From the IMG/VR virus record IMGVR_UViG_3300027805_000006: DNA of 64,000 nt; one strand, written 5' to 3'. The stretch comes from a virus (lineage: Duplodnaviria; Caudoviricetes). Position 1 is the stretch's first letter. The number at the start of each line of letters is the position of its first letter. Under the pieces are notes generated by a model. It made no database searches. It had not been told where the DNA came from and was given only the letters and a program-made list of their open reading frames with translations. The position numbers and the translations under genes are program-made. Positions 19,035 through 28,024 of this stretch are shown piece after piece.

Positions 19035-19750
19035 TCTGGTAAGGTCATTTTTAAGAAGCGTTTTTGAAGTCTAATGAACCCATCATGCATATTGACAGAG
19101 AAATTCATAAGAATATAAAATGCAGCAATGATAAATGCGCGCCTTTCAGCCTCAGGGTGTTTACCTGCTGTTGAAATAATGGAAGATACAGTAGAAGATA
19201 TGTTTATCTTAGTTGGTCCAGTAGTATATTTGATGTTCTTAACAACATCAGCACCATGCTTTAAAATAAACTGACTTACTTCTGGGCTAATGCTTAATGA
19301 TAGCAATTTTCCTGCCATTGCTTTTTTTGAAACTGCATTGGCTTGCGATAAATCAGTTGAACTTAGAGCAGTACGAAATTTAGTGCTTGCCTCTTTAATT
19401 ACGTAGGCAGCGGCATGAGATGCTTGCTTTGAAAGAGCCATCGCGTGTCCCAAAACTGCACTTGCTTCTTTTTTGCTAGAAGGTGTAAAAGAAGCAACAT
19501 TGAGATGTGCACTAATGTCTGAAAGAATCTTACGCATGTTCACAAACATTTCACGCTCACTCTCATTGGCTTCCTTAGGCTCCAACTGATTTGCAACTTT
19601 GTCGTATTCTTTAGAAATGGTAGATGTATCTTTACTCCAATTCCAATTGTAGAAGATAGAACTAGCAATTTTTGAAACACCGAAGAACAGGTCGTCCTCT
19701 TCAGGTCCTTCATATAGAAGTTTTTGGATGACTGGAAATTTTTGGTTCAT
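19031..19750 (-). CDS. hypothetical protein, paralog of 18333..19034
   Basis: Shared motifs as above. Confidence 0.75.
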   Translation of the reverse strand: MNQKFPVIQKLLYEGPEEDDLFFGVSKIASSIFYNWNWSKDTSTISKEYDKVANQLEPKEANESEREMFVNMRKILSDISAHLNVASFTPSSKKEASAVLGHAMALSKQASHAAAYVIKEASTKFRTALSSTDLSQANAVSKKAMAGKLLSLSISPEVSQFILKHGADVVKNIKYTTGPTKINISSTVSSIISTAGKHPEAERRAFIIAAFYILMNFSVNMHDGFIRLQKRFLKMTLPE

Positions 19751-19919
19751 TTCTAAAGCCTTTCAAGATTACATCTAACCTGTGTTAATACATAACTAGA
19801 TATGTTTCAACTTATAAATTTCTCTGTATATTTATGTCAAACAAGCAAAGAAAAAGGGAACTTAATAAGTTCCCTTCTGCGAGCGCTATTTGTGCGCTAA
19901 TGCTATAATTCCGCCGCCT

Positions 19920-20609
19920 CTACTGCTTTAAGCAGTAGAAGTAGTTTAAGAAGTCATCATATACCTTGATTGGTTCTCTTGGTTCTTCAAAAAGTTGAAG
20001 AGTTGTCATATCAAGTTTGATTGTTCGTGACCAGTTTGAGCCTCGACTTTTTATCAGGTGATAGGCTTCGATGGTCAGGGCTACCTGGTCAGCCCACTTT
20101 ATGAAAAGTTCATAGACCGGCTTTTGATCCGGCATATTAAAACTGCTTCTGATGGCTGTCATCATCTTATCTTCAAGTTGAAGATAGACATTCCTGAAGG
20201 CTTCAGCCATCTTAAGAGGTGTTGGAACATCTACAATGTAGGCTTCAGTAGCATCGTGAAGCAGTGTTTCGAGCAGAAGGTCATTTGGGCAGTGCTTCTT
20301 GAGAAGCGAGTATGCTTCTTCCTGAAGGCTATCATTTGCCCGCTGTGTTATGAACTGGTCAAATGAGGTTTTAAGCCCCTGAGGGGAGACCTTTGCTTCT
20401 GTTGTTGGCAGAAATAGTTTTGTAACTAAGTCTGCCGTGTAGATTGAATGCTGACCAATCGTGTAGGGAATGGCTGATACTGTATGACCGACATACCTTG
20501 GCATTCGACTTATTGCCCAGGCAATATCCTCGATGCAAATAGTTTTTGGGTCTGGATTTACCAAATCAACGAAGTACCCAGATACAGTTTCAATTGCGGT
20601 TGCTGACAT
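19920..20609 (-). CDS. HD-domain phosphohydrolase (YfbR/YfdR-like deoxynucleotidase)
   Basis: IEDIA..ISR..RY.GHT...QHS...LLHDATEAYIVDVPTPLK. Confidence 0.85.
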   Translation of the reverse strand: MSATAIETVSGYFVDLVNPDPKTICIEDIAWAISRMPRYVGHTVSAIPYTIGQHSIYTADLVTKLFLPTTEAKVSPQGLKTSFDQFITQRANDSLQEEAYSLLKKHCPNDLLLETLLHDATEAYIVDVPTPLKMAEAFRNVYLQLEDKMMTAIRSSFNMPDQKPVYELFIKWADQVALTIEAYHLIKSRGSNWSRTIKLDMTTLQLFEEPREPIKVYDDFLNYFYCLKQ

Positions 20610-21144
20610 TTTTGATTGCTAGAAAACGAATATCTGTTTTGGCACTTTCACGTGAAGAAGACTTTGAATAGATCGGGAGATCACTTTCAATTGCATCTTC
20701 TTCAACGCTATACTCTACTAAACTAACGCTGGAAAGATTTTTAAAGTCTTGTGCCCAAACGTTGAAAAGTTTCTTCTTTAGAAAGTTTTTCCAAAGTGCC
20801 TGTGAATATTGAGTGTGCAGATTTCCAGAGGCAAGCAGGATGCCATCATCATTAATTGCTGCCTTGTAAAGTTGCTTTGCTAGACCTTTTCCACGATGCT
20901 CGGGGAAAGTCCAAATTTGATAGACTTCCCAAGCCTTCCAGTTTGGCTTTCGATAAAGATATAGCCAAGAAATTGGCTCTTTGTTTTCATCAAGAACGAA
21001 ATAGATCTTATAACTCTTTCCCGAGTTTATAAGTTGAACTTTATTCTTTAACTTGATTGATTTTAACCGTTTAATTCGGTTGCAAACATAATGGTACATT
21101 GACGTCCAATGAGGACGAGTAACTGCATTTCTTAATACTAGCAT
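20590..21144 (-). CDS. GNAT-family acetyltransferase
   Basis: IWTFPEHRGKGLAKQLY (acetyl-CoA motif A). Confidence 0.8.
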   Translation of the reverse strand: MLVLRNAVTRPHWTSMYHYVCNRIKRLKSIKLKNKVQLINSGKSYKIYFVLDENKEPISWLYLYRKPNWKAWEVYQIWTFPEHRGKGLAKQLYKAAINDDGILLASGNLHTQYSQALWKNFLKKKLFNVWAQDFKNLSSVSLVEYSVEEDAIESDLPIYSKSSSRESAKTDIRFLAIKNVSNRN

Positions 21145-21187
21145 TTCTCAATGGGAGGGGATTATCCCCTCCCGTGTGTTTAAAGCC

Positions 21188-21634
21188 TTACTTGACTGAA
21201 ATCAGAAGAGGCTTATCCTCTTCACGTTCAACCACCTCAAGCGCAATAGACAAAAGCCCATCTTGCATTTCTGCTGATTTTACCACAACATTGTCTGCTA
21301 CAGTAAAGTTTCGGATGAATGAGCGCTTCGCAATTCCAATTCTTACGAGTTCACGACCATCAGGCTGCGGATAGTCTTCTTGACTACCTTCGGAAGAAAT
21401 TGATAGAACATTATTCTTACGATCATGGGAGATCTTAATGTCTTCCTTTCGATAACCTGCAAGAGCTATTTCGATGGTATATCCATCCTTTTCCTTGAAT
21501 AGGTTAAATGGAGGAAATCCATTTACTTGGTGCGTGGAATGGTTGGTTTCAAGCAGCCTTTCAATATCGCTGAAAAGGCGGTCAAAACCTAGGAAAGAAG
21601 TTTCAAGGGGCTTGTAAAAAGCAACACGGTTCAT
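21188..21634 (-). CDS. small heat-shock protein (Hsp20/IbpA family)
   Basis: LGFDRLF, FPPFNL, IEIALAGY, GIAKRSF.RNFTVAD, DGLLSI. Confidence 0.92.
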   Translation of the reverse strand: MNRVAFYKPLETSFLGFDRLFSDIERLLETNHSTHQVNGFPPFNLFKEKDGYTIEIALAGYRKEDIKISHDRKNNVLSISSEGSQEDYPQPDGRELVRIGIAKRSFIRNFTVADNVVVKSAEMQDGLLSIALEVVEREEDKPLLISVK

Positions 21635-21729
21635 AGTCATCTCCTTCAATAGAAGCAAGTTGATAAAAAGGGTTCCTAACGGCAACCCACTAAATTGAAG
21701 ACCCGTATGGCATCTTCAAATCTTATATA

Positions 21730-21933
21730 TTAATTTTCAGAAAATTCCTGCATCCACTTTTCAGGATATTCACCAGTATCAATAAACTTTACCTCTTCTT
21801 CTGTGAGGTCTGGGGCAAGTTTGGCTAAGTCTGCTCCCATGTTCCATGCAGCGAGTTGCTGCCGAGTCACGGCTATTTCCCGTGCATTTATGCTACCAGT
21901 TTTTAAGCAGCGTCTAATAACTTTCATGAGCAT
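21730..21933 (-). CDS. hypothetical protein
   Basis: ORF in operon context. Confidence 0.65.
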   Translation of the reverse strand: MLMKVIRRCLKTGSINAREIAVTRQQLAAWNMGADLAKLAPDLTEEEVKFIDTGEYPEKWMQEFSEN

Positions 21934-21939
21934 CTTTCA

Positions 21940-22356
21940 TCAATTTCTACGACGAGTCGCACCGCTTTGGATATCCTTTAACGCTTCTTCAGTAATAAGT
22001 TGCGACCCACCTTTATTATATAGCGGCGCCGATATGAACTTACGATCTCGTGCCCGCAATTCGCGCTCAAGCATCTCAGGATTTTCACGATAGGTATGTT
22101 CAGGTCTAATAACAGACTTTGTACCACCGCCCTTGAATGCATCAAATGATTTCTTGATAAATGCACTTGATACCCCTGCCGAAGATGTTGTCTTTTCAGG
22201 CGCCTTCACTACTTTGGTACGATTCTTGCTGCTAAAATTGGTACTCATGGAGTTTATATTATTAAGCCACTGCTGATATTCTTGTGCCTTCTTTTGCCAA
22301 CCTGGCTTGTTCTTTGTTTTAGAGCGTTGATGTGTGTAAATGATAGCCATATTCAC
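21940..22356 (-). CDS. conserved phage hypothetical protein
   Basis: Basic protein with APLYNKGG motif. Confidence 0.7.
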   Translation of the reverse strand: MNMAIIYTHQRSKTKNKPGWQKKAQEYQQWLNNINSMSTNFSSKNRTKVVKAPEKTTSSAGVSSAFIKKSFDAFKGGGTKSVIRPEHTYRENPEMLERELRARDRKFISAPLYNKGGSQLITEEALKDIQSGATRRRN

Positions 22357-22500
22357 CTCGTAGATGAAATAATAACCTTTTTAGGCTCGAGAGTACACCG
22401 TCAAATACAGGTTAGATGTATGGATTGTTCTTCTTAACAATCTTCCAGAAGCAAAAAAACACTGCTGGAAGTAAAACTAGAATAAACAGAAAAAATGCAA

Positions 22501-23538
22501 TCATCTAATTATTAGATATGCTATTACAAGAACACACAATACTTCAGCCAGAAAGTAGATAAACTTCTTATTTTTTACGGCAGTATCAAATAATGTATTT
22601 TGCACCGGCTCAGGCTCTTCAGGTGGTGGAGATACGTCATCACTTATCTGTGCGGGAGCAGTGGATGGTGCAGACCATGTTCCAGGCGCAGGTGCTTCTG
22701 TTAGAGTACCTGCGTTAAACCCCCATGGCTTCAAGAATGATTGGTCATATAGTGAAGGATGTCCATCAAGTTGAGGACGCTGTGTAAAACCGTTCGCAGC
22801 CATAAACTTATTCATATATGTTGCAACATCACGATAAGAAGAAAGACCAAGAGATAGGGACTTTAACAGTGAATATGTAGCGGCGCCCTGAAACTGGTTA
22901 TTAATGAATGCATCTGCTGATGTTTGGTGTGACTGGCAACCAGAGATTAGAAGAGCAGAACGATTTACGTCGCGTGATGTCTTAAATTCTCTGACTTGCA
23001 GTTTATTTTCTGTAATTTCAGTTTGGATGTATTCTGGCATTGGAAGAAATCGATTTCCCTGCTTTTGACTAGATTCAACAAGCGGCGCAGTAATTTCACG
23101 CGTTAACTCAAGAGAATCTTCTTGATCTAGTGCATTTCCGGAGTGGCAGCAATCTAGGACAACTGTAACGTTTACTCCATTTGGCACTTTATTAAATACC
23201 TGCTTCATGTAATCGTCTGTCACTACATTATCACGCCAATCTAAGTCAATAGGACAGATAATTTCGTCCAGACCGTCTGGCTCTACTGTTGAGCGCATTT
23301 GGGATCCATGACCAGAGAAGTGGAAAAAAATAACATCTCCCGGAATAGCACCTGTTACGAGCCATTCAAGACCCCTCTTGATTCCAGCAGCAGTTGCATC
23401 CTTTTCTAGGATGACTTTAATTTCATCAAAACCTTCTTTTGATAGAAGATTTTGTACATTATTCACGTCATTTATGCAACCACGCAGATCATTTCCAGTG
23501 CCTGCATAGTTTATTCCAACCAAAAGTGCCTTTTTCAT
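22501..23538 (-). CDS. metacaspase (peptidase C14) with C-terminal membrane anchor
   Basis: KKALLVGINY, LRGCINDV, FHFSGHG (His), LDCCHSG (Cys), SGCQSHQTSADA; terminal hydrophobic helix. Confidence 0.92.
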   Translation of the reverse strand: MKKALLVGINYAGTGNDLRGCINDVNNVQNLLSKEGFDEIKVILEKDATAAGIKRGLEWLVTGAIPGDVIFFHFSGHGSQMRSTVEPDGLDEIICPIDLDWRDNVVTDDYMKQVFNKVPNGVNVTVVLDCCHSGNALDQEDSLELTREITAPLVESSQKQGNRFLPMPEYIQTEITENKLQVREFKTSRDVNRSALLISGCQSHQTSADAFINNQFQGAATYSLLKSLSLGLSSYRDVATYMNKFMAANGFTQRPQLDGHPSLYDQSFLKPWGFNAGTLTEAPAPGTWSAPSTAPAQISDDVSPPPEEPEPVQNTLFDTAVKNKKFIYFLAEVLCVLVIAYLIIR

Positions 23539-23567
23539 TTTCTGTCTCCAGCATATTCAACCTGCTT

Positions 23568-23573
23568 TATTTA
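23568..23573 (-). promoter_or_regulatory. late TAAATA motif upstream of the metacaspase
   Basis: 30 nt before ATG 23538. Confidence 0.55.
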
Positions 23574-23625
23574 CAGGTTGAGTGACCGGAGACAGATTAA
23601 ATGTTTGGCACTCTATTGGATTATG

Positions 23626-23820
23626 TTACGTGCCTTCAGCCTCTTTCTGCTTCTTGTTGCCTCGCATAAATGCTCCGTAAGTTGTAAATTTCTGCCACCA
23701 AGCATTCTTCTTTTCATGCTTAGGTGTGGTCTTTGCTGGACCAGCACCTCCGCCTTGACGCATCTTGGACATTTCCTTCCGGCGGGCGATGTTGCGGGCA
23801 TTCTTTGATTGGCGTGACAT
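23626..23820 (-). CDS. small basic protein
   Basis: Lys/Arg-rich; AAGGA SD. Confidence 0.65.
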   Translation of the reverse strand: MSRQSKNARNIARRKEMSKMRQGGGAGPAKTTPKHEKKNAWWQKFTTYGAFMRGNKKQKEAEGT

Positions 23821-23843
23821 ATAGTTCCTTTCTATTACGGGTG

Positions 23844-24956
23844 TTAAACATTAACTTGATTGACTAGAATATGCTTGATTGTGCTCAAGCGATACTTATT
23901 GATTTTCTTTTTTATTTTTTCACCATCATCATTATCAACTAGTTCTCGTGGAACTGATTGAAGCGCAGAATTTATTTGCTTAAGGGTGGTGCTGCTCACA
24001 CACATACTATTACCAGCAAGTTCTTGAATCTTTACCAGCATAATTAATTCACCTAGGTGATAGTTTTTATGCTCAAATGCTCTAGCAGATGAGAGTACAT
24101 TCAGTAGTTTGACAGGAGTAATTTTCTTTGCATCCTTCAGTTTGCAGAAGGCAGAATGAAGATTCTTAGATGCAAATGTGTGCAGACTCTTTGAGTCTTC
24201 TGGACAAATAGACATGGTAAAATAAATTACCTTTGATGATTCCATGTAATATTCACATACTTGATTTACGGCGCTTGCAACATCAACAAGACGAAGAATA
24301 TCACTCTTCTTTTTAATAAGACCAGAGAAAAACTTTGAGTGCGAAAAAACACCAAGATCCTTTAAACACTTGATAAAAATATTGAAATTAGGCTCTTCAA
24401 CAGTTTTTGCAAGTATTAGCCAGAAGCGAACATACTGAAGTTCGTCAAGCATCTTTTGCTTTACCATCTTTTTACACAACTTGAAAGTTTTTGTATGGAT
24501 AGTAAAACCAAATTGGCTAAGTCTAGCATACAGATTCGCCACACGAATTACACGCAGGGCATCTTCTGAAAAAGCACTAGACGTGTGGCGTAGCACTTTG
24601 TCTTCAATGTCTCTCTTACCGCCAAATGGATCAATGACTTCACCTGTAGAGAGGTCTTTAGCCATGCTATTGATAGTTAAATCTCTGCGTCTAAGGTCAT
24701 CAACGAGTGAAATTTTTGAATCAGCATCTACAGTAAATCCAGAATATCCTTTTCCAGATTTTACCTCAGTACGTGCGAGAGCATACTGCTCATATGTTTC
24801 TGGGTGAATAAAAATTGGAAATGAAAGACCTACCTTTTCAAATCCTTGTGCTAGCATTTCTTCTTCTGAAGAACCTACAACTACGTAGTCTCTATCCTTC
24901 GGCTCAATGCCAAGAATTTCGTCTCTTACTGCCCCGCCGACCAAATAAATCTGCAT
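23844..24956 (-). CDS. cca: tRNA nucleotidyltransferase (CCA-adding enzyme family)
   Basis: YLVGGAVRD..LG...KDRDYVV, EQYALARTE, DLRRRDLTIN, EDALRVIR. Confidence 0.9.
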   Translation of the reverse strand: MQIYLVGGAVRDEILGIEPKDRDYVVVGSSEEEMLAQGFEKVGLSFPIFIHPETYEQYALARTEVKSGKGYSGFTVDADSKISLVDDLRRRDLTINSMAKDLSTGEVIDPFGGKRDIEDKVLRHTSSAFSEDALRVIRVANLYARLSQFGFTIHTKTFKLCKKMVKQKMLDELQYVRFWLILAKTVEEPNFNIFIKCLKDLGVFSHSKFFSGLIKKKSDILRLVDVASAVNQVCEYYMESSKVIYFTMSICPEDSKSLHTFASKNLHSAFCKLKDAKKITPVKLLNVLSSARAFEHKNYHLGELIMLVKIQELAGNSMCVSSTTLKQINSALQSVPRELVDNDDGEKIKKKINKYRLSTIKHILVNQVNV

Positions 24957-24961
24957 TCAGA

Positions 24962-25360
24962 TTACCATGCCAGCAGTTGTTGTACATCCACATTGAATGA
25001 AATATAGTCCTTACCCTGCAAACTCAATTTTGCATTTGTGAGTGTATCCTTGGCAATTTCTTGTTCCTTTAGCAACTGCTCTATGTTAATCTGCAGGTTC
25101 ATGTCAGTGATGGCATGTCCTGTTACTTCAGAATTATAGTTGTCTAGAAAAATTCTAAAGACCGCTATAATTTCACAAGCATCATCGCTAAAAGCCTCAA
25201 ACTCAAGGTCATAGCACGTGATCCTGCATGTAATGGGATAAACGCACTGACCGTACTTTCCATTGCCATCCTCACCAAAAAAGGTAAGTGACTTGCCATA
25301 AAACGCCCTGTCTAGCAGTACTAGACATTCATCCTTGACGTAATCAGCAGTTCCCTTCAT
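24962..25360 (-). CDS. hypothetical protein
   Basis: Start at 25360 overlaps the upstream stop (ATGA). Confidence 0.7.
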   Translation of the reverse strand: MKGTADYVKDECLVLLDRAFYGKSLTFFGEDGNGKYGQCVYPITCRITCYDLEFEAFSDDACEIIAVFRIFLDNYNSEVTGHAITDMNLQINIEQLLKEQEIAKDTLTNAKLSLQGKDYISFNVDVQQLLAW

Positions 25361-25512
25361 CGGAACATCTCTTCCCCGGCTTCTTTCCAACGCACCTGAG
25401 CCAACTTGCGCTTTCGCGTATCCCGCTTGTCATGCTCTCCTGCTTTCCTAAGCATAGAAGGAACAACAAAAGGGTTACGCGGCTTACGAGTACGAACAGT
25501 AATCTTTTCCAT
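25357..25512 (-). CDS. small basic protein (51 aa, MEKITVRTRKPRNPF...)
   Basis: Translated by hand; ATGA coupling to the next gene. Confidence 0.65.
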   Translation of the reverse strand: MEKITVRTRKPRNPFVVPSMLRKAGEHDKRDTRKRKLAQVRWKEAGEEMFR

Positions 25513-25586
25513 TTTAGAAAGTCACAGAAAGTTGTTTAGATGATGGTATTATACACTGCGGCTGGTAAATGTACACTAAAAGTGTG

Positions 25587-25808
25587 TTATAAATGTAACA
25601 GTTCAGGAGAAATATCTACATCTATTTCCCACCGTGTATTTTCCATATCAAGGTTAACGCTTTTAATTTTGGCGCCGGGATACTTTTTAGAAACAAAATT
25701 TACTATTCTGCTCTTCTCAGTTGGCACCATTACTAGTTGTTTTTCTAGCAGCAAATGGTCGGCAATAATTTCTTCCTGCTCAATTGAGCATTCCAAAAAC
25801 TGCATCAT
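25587..25808 (-). CDS. hypothetical protein
   Basis: ORF track; coupled to upstream ORF. Confidence 0.6.
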   Translation of the reverse strand: MMQFLECSIEQEEIIADHLLLEKQLVMVPTEKSRIVNFVSKKYPGAKIKSVNLDMENTRWEIDVDISPELLHL

Positions 25809-26038
25809 AGTTTATTTTGGTCCCTCAAAATCTGTATCTTGTCATAGATTGAAAGTAGATCTCTTGATGCCTGATTTACTTGAGAAACTTGTGACACGAC
25901 TGGAATATGACCTAAGTCCCTAAAATCTTCTAGAAGTGAATTCAAGTCAATTATGCTTTTCTGCATTTTGCCTAAGGTCTTTGCAAACTTGTCATCAAGT
26001 TGAATTCCGCGGTGTAGTTTCTTATCTCTTTCATCCAT
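25805..26038 (-). CDS. hypothetical protein
   Basis: ORF track. Confidence 0.65.
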   Translation of the reverse strand: MDERDKKLHRGIQLDDKFAKTLGKMQKSIIDLNSLLEDFRDLGHIPVVSQVSQVNQASRDLLSIYDKIQILRDQNKL

Positions 26039-26040
26039 TT

Positions 26041-26412
26041 TTATTCTCCGTCTGAAATACTATTTATTTTGCAGGATCGCGTCAGGCACTTTCCGCCACT
26101 TAGAACTACAAAGTTACTCGTATAAATTGGTTCTCCGTCTAACATAAAACAATTATTCTTGTAAGGATTATACTTTACTTCGGTGAGTGGCTGACCAGAA
26201 ATATCAATATCTGCCTTCAATACGTCACGTGCAACTGCAAATGCATGCACATTTTTTACATTTTCAGAAATTACACGTTGCCTTCCCTTTTCATTTACCA
26301 CAAATTTCACACCGAAAAGGACAGCTTCCTGTACTCGGTCAATTACTTTTCCTCGATACCTAACACTAAATCCCTTTGTTCTTAGATTTCTATATATGAA
26401 ATAGTTTGCCAT
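26041..26412 (-). CDS. conserved phage hypothetical protein
   Basis: YRNLR..GFSVR, GRQRV..E..KNVHAF, YNPYK. Confidence 0.75.
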   Translation of the reverse strand: MANYFIYRNLRTKGFSVRYRGKVIDRVQEAVLFGVKFVVNEKGRQRVISENVKNVHAFAVARDVLKADIDISGQPLTEVKYNPYKNNCFMLDGEPIYTSNFVVLSGGKCLTRSCKINSISDGE

Positions 26413-26487
26413 TTTTATCCCTTTTGATGTATTTTACACATTTTTTGCTTATCTTAATCTAAATAGATTGGTTGAATGGAGACCCAT

Positions 26488-27537
26488 ATGTCAAAAAGCA
26501 TCTTTTTGCTCAAAAGAAGAGACGATTACAATCAGGATCCCAGTTATAGCGGATCATATCAGATTGCCACTGGTATGTGGAATTCTGCCAACTTTGTCAG
26601 CGAAATGCTGGTAGAAAATAATCGAGATTCATTTGTGGAGATGGTAATTGACTCTAATGCAATTGATGCATCAGTTACATCATATAACCCAAACTTTGTT
26701 TTTATTGAGGGGCTGTGGGTTACACCAGCAAAGATGCTTGAATTGATTTCAATTCCACGTCACTCTACTCGCACCTGGGTAGTACGAATCCACTCTGAGA
26801 TTCCATTTCTTTCAACAGAAGGAATTGCAATGGAGTGGATTGCAGAATATCTAAGACTTGGGATTGTTGTTGCACCAAATGCTCCTAGGGCTCATCAGCA
26901 GTTGAAGTGGTTTGCGGAAAGACTGGGTCTTTCCTCTTTGCAAGTAGAACAGCAGGTAGTCTACCTACCAAATTCATATCCAACAGATTTTGACCCTATT
27001 TCTGGTCTCAATACCTCTTCAAAGTCACACATCGACGTTGCATGCTTTGGTGCATTTAGACCACTTAAGAATCACCTTCAGCAGGTCTTTATCGCTAGTA
27101 GATTTGCTGATTCCATTGGAAAGCCACTAAGATTCCATGTCAATAATCGACTCGACAGTGGCGGGTCACCTATCTCAAAGAACGTCAAAGAGACAGTTGA
27201 GGAAATGGGTCACATAGTCGTAGAACATCCATGGGAAGATAGAAGTACCTTTCTGCAGAGCCTAAGAGATTGTGACCTTCTACTTCAAGTATCAATGTCA
27301 GAAACGTTTAACATTGTGGCTGCAGATGCTACCTATGTCGGGCGCCCCATACTTGTTTCAAATGAGATTCCTTGGGTACATCCACTATTTGCAGACCCAC
27401 AGAATGTAGATAAGTCTTTGAAGGCACTAGAAGCCATCTGGTCAAACAAGTCATACTATGTGCAAAACAACCGAAGAGGTCTGCAGAAGTACGTAACATC
27501 AAGCAAAGTTGTCTGGACAAACTACATCCCACAGTAA
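26488..27537 (+). CDS. putative glycosyltransferase (GT-B-like)
   Basis: FGAFRPLKNH, LQVSMSETFNIVAADA; TAAATA at 26460-26465; GGAG SD. Confidence 0.65.
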   Translation: MSKSIFLLKRRDDYNQDPSYSGSYQIATGMWNSANFVSEMLVENNRDSFVEMVIDSNAIDASVTSYNPNFVFIEGLWVTPAKMLELISIPRHSTRTWVVRIHSEIPFLSTEGIAMEWIAEYLRLGIVVAPNAPRAHQQLKWFAERLGLSSLQVEQQVVYLPNSYPTDFDPISGLNTSSKSHIDVACFGAFRPLKNHLQQVFIASRFADSIGKPLRFHVNNRLDSGGSPISKNVKETVEEMGHIVVEHPWEDRSTFLQSLRDCDLLLQVSMSETFNIVAADATYVGRPILVSNEIPWVHPLFADPQNVDKSLKALEAIWSNKSYYVQNNRRGLQKYVTSSKVVWTNYIPQ

Positions 27538-27540
27538 AAA

Positions 27541-27566
27541 TAAAGGGCTCTTTAAGAGCCCTTTTC
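27541..27566. terminator. bidirectional terminator between convergent genes
   Basis: AAAGGGCTCT-TTA-AGAGCCCTTTT. Confidence 0.75.
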
Positions 27567-27581
27567 GTTATTGTTAAAAGA

Positions 27582-27836
27582 TTAGCGAATAACCTTCAAC
27601 TTTGGATCAAGGTGCGAGAGGGCAAAATTTCCCATTCCAAGCACCAACTGGCGGATGCTGTTGGAGCCCATAATCATTGCCATTGCCTTTCGCACATTTT
27701 CGGGGCGGGCACCTTCAGTTGCATTCACACGGTCAATTGCCATACCCTTGGCAACCATAAGATTGGCGGCCTTTTCAATCTGACCCATAAAAGCAAAATC
27801 AAAGAAACCAGTTCCACGATCAACAGCCATTTTCAC
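27582..27836 (-). CDS. hypothetical protein
   Basis: ORF with AGGAG SD and upstream sigma70-like promoter. Confidence 0.7.
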   Translation of the reverse strand: MKMAVDRGTGFFDFAFMGQIEKAANLMVAKGMAIDRVNATEGARPENVRKAMAMIMGSNSIRQLVLGMGNFALSHLDPKLKVIR

Positions 27837-27875
27837 TTCTCCTTTAGCGTGTCTAGTTATTTAGACAACTTTTAT

Positions 27876-27904
27876 ATCTTAACACCATCTAGATTAAATG
27901 TACA
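27876..27904 (-). promoter_or_regulatory. sigma70-type early promoter
   Basis: TGTACA-17 nt-TAAGAT with extended TG. Confidence 0.5.
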
Positions 27905-27949
27905 CCGCCAAATTGTAACAAATTGTATCATTAATGTTACACGGTGTAA

Positions 27950-28024
27950 TACTAAGTAACATTTATGTTACTTTTACTAAGTAACATTTATGTTACTTTT
28001 ACTAAGTAACATTTATGTTACTTT
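27950..28024. repeat. 25-bp palindromic tandem repeat x3
   Basis: TACTAAGTAACATTTATGTTACTTT x3; each unit contains AAGTAACAT-TT-ATGTTACTT. Confidence 0.95.

Noticed and set aside
19920-20609. DatZ-type dATPase indicating a 2-aminoadenine genome
   Set aside because: No PurZ or MazZ in the window, and the motifs fit generic YfbR/YfdR-like HD enzymes.
27950-28024. CRISPR array
   Set aside because: The repeats are contiguous with no spacers, and no cas genes are present; the same applies to 14964-15008.
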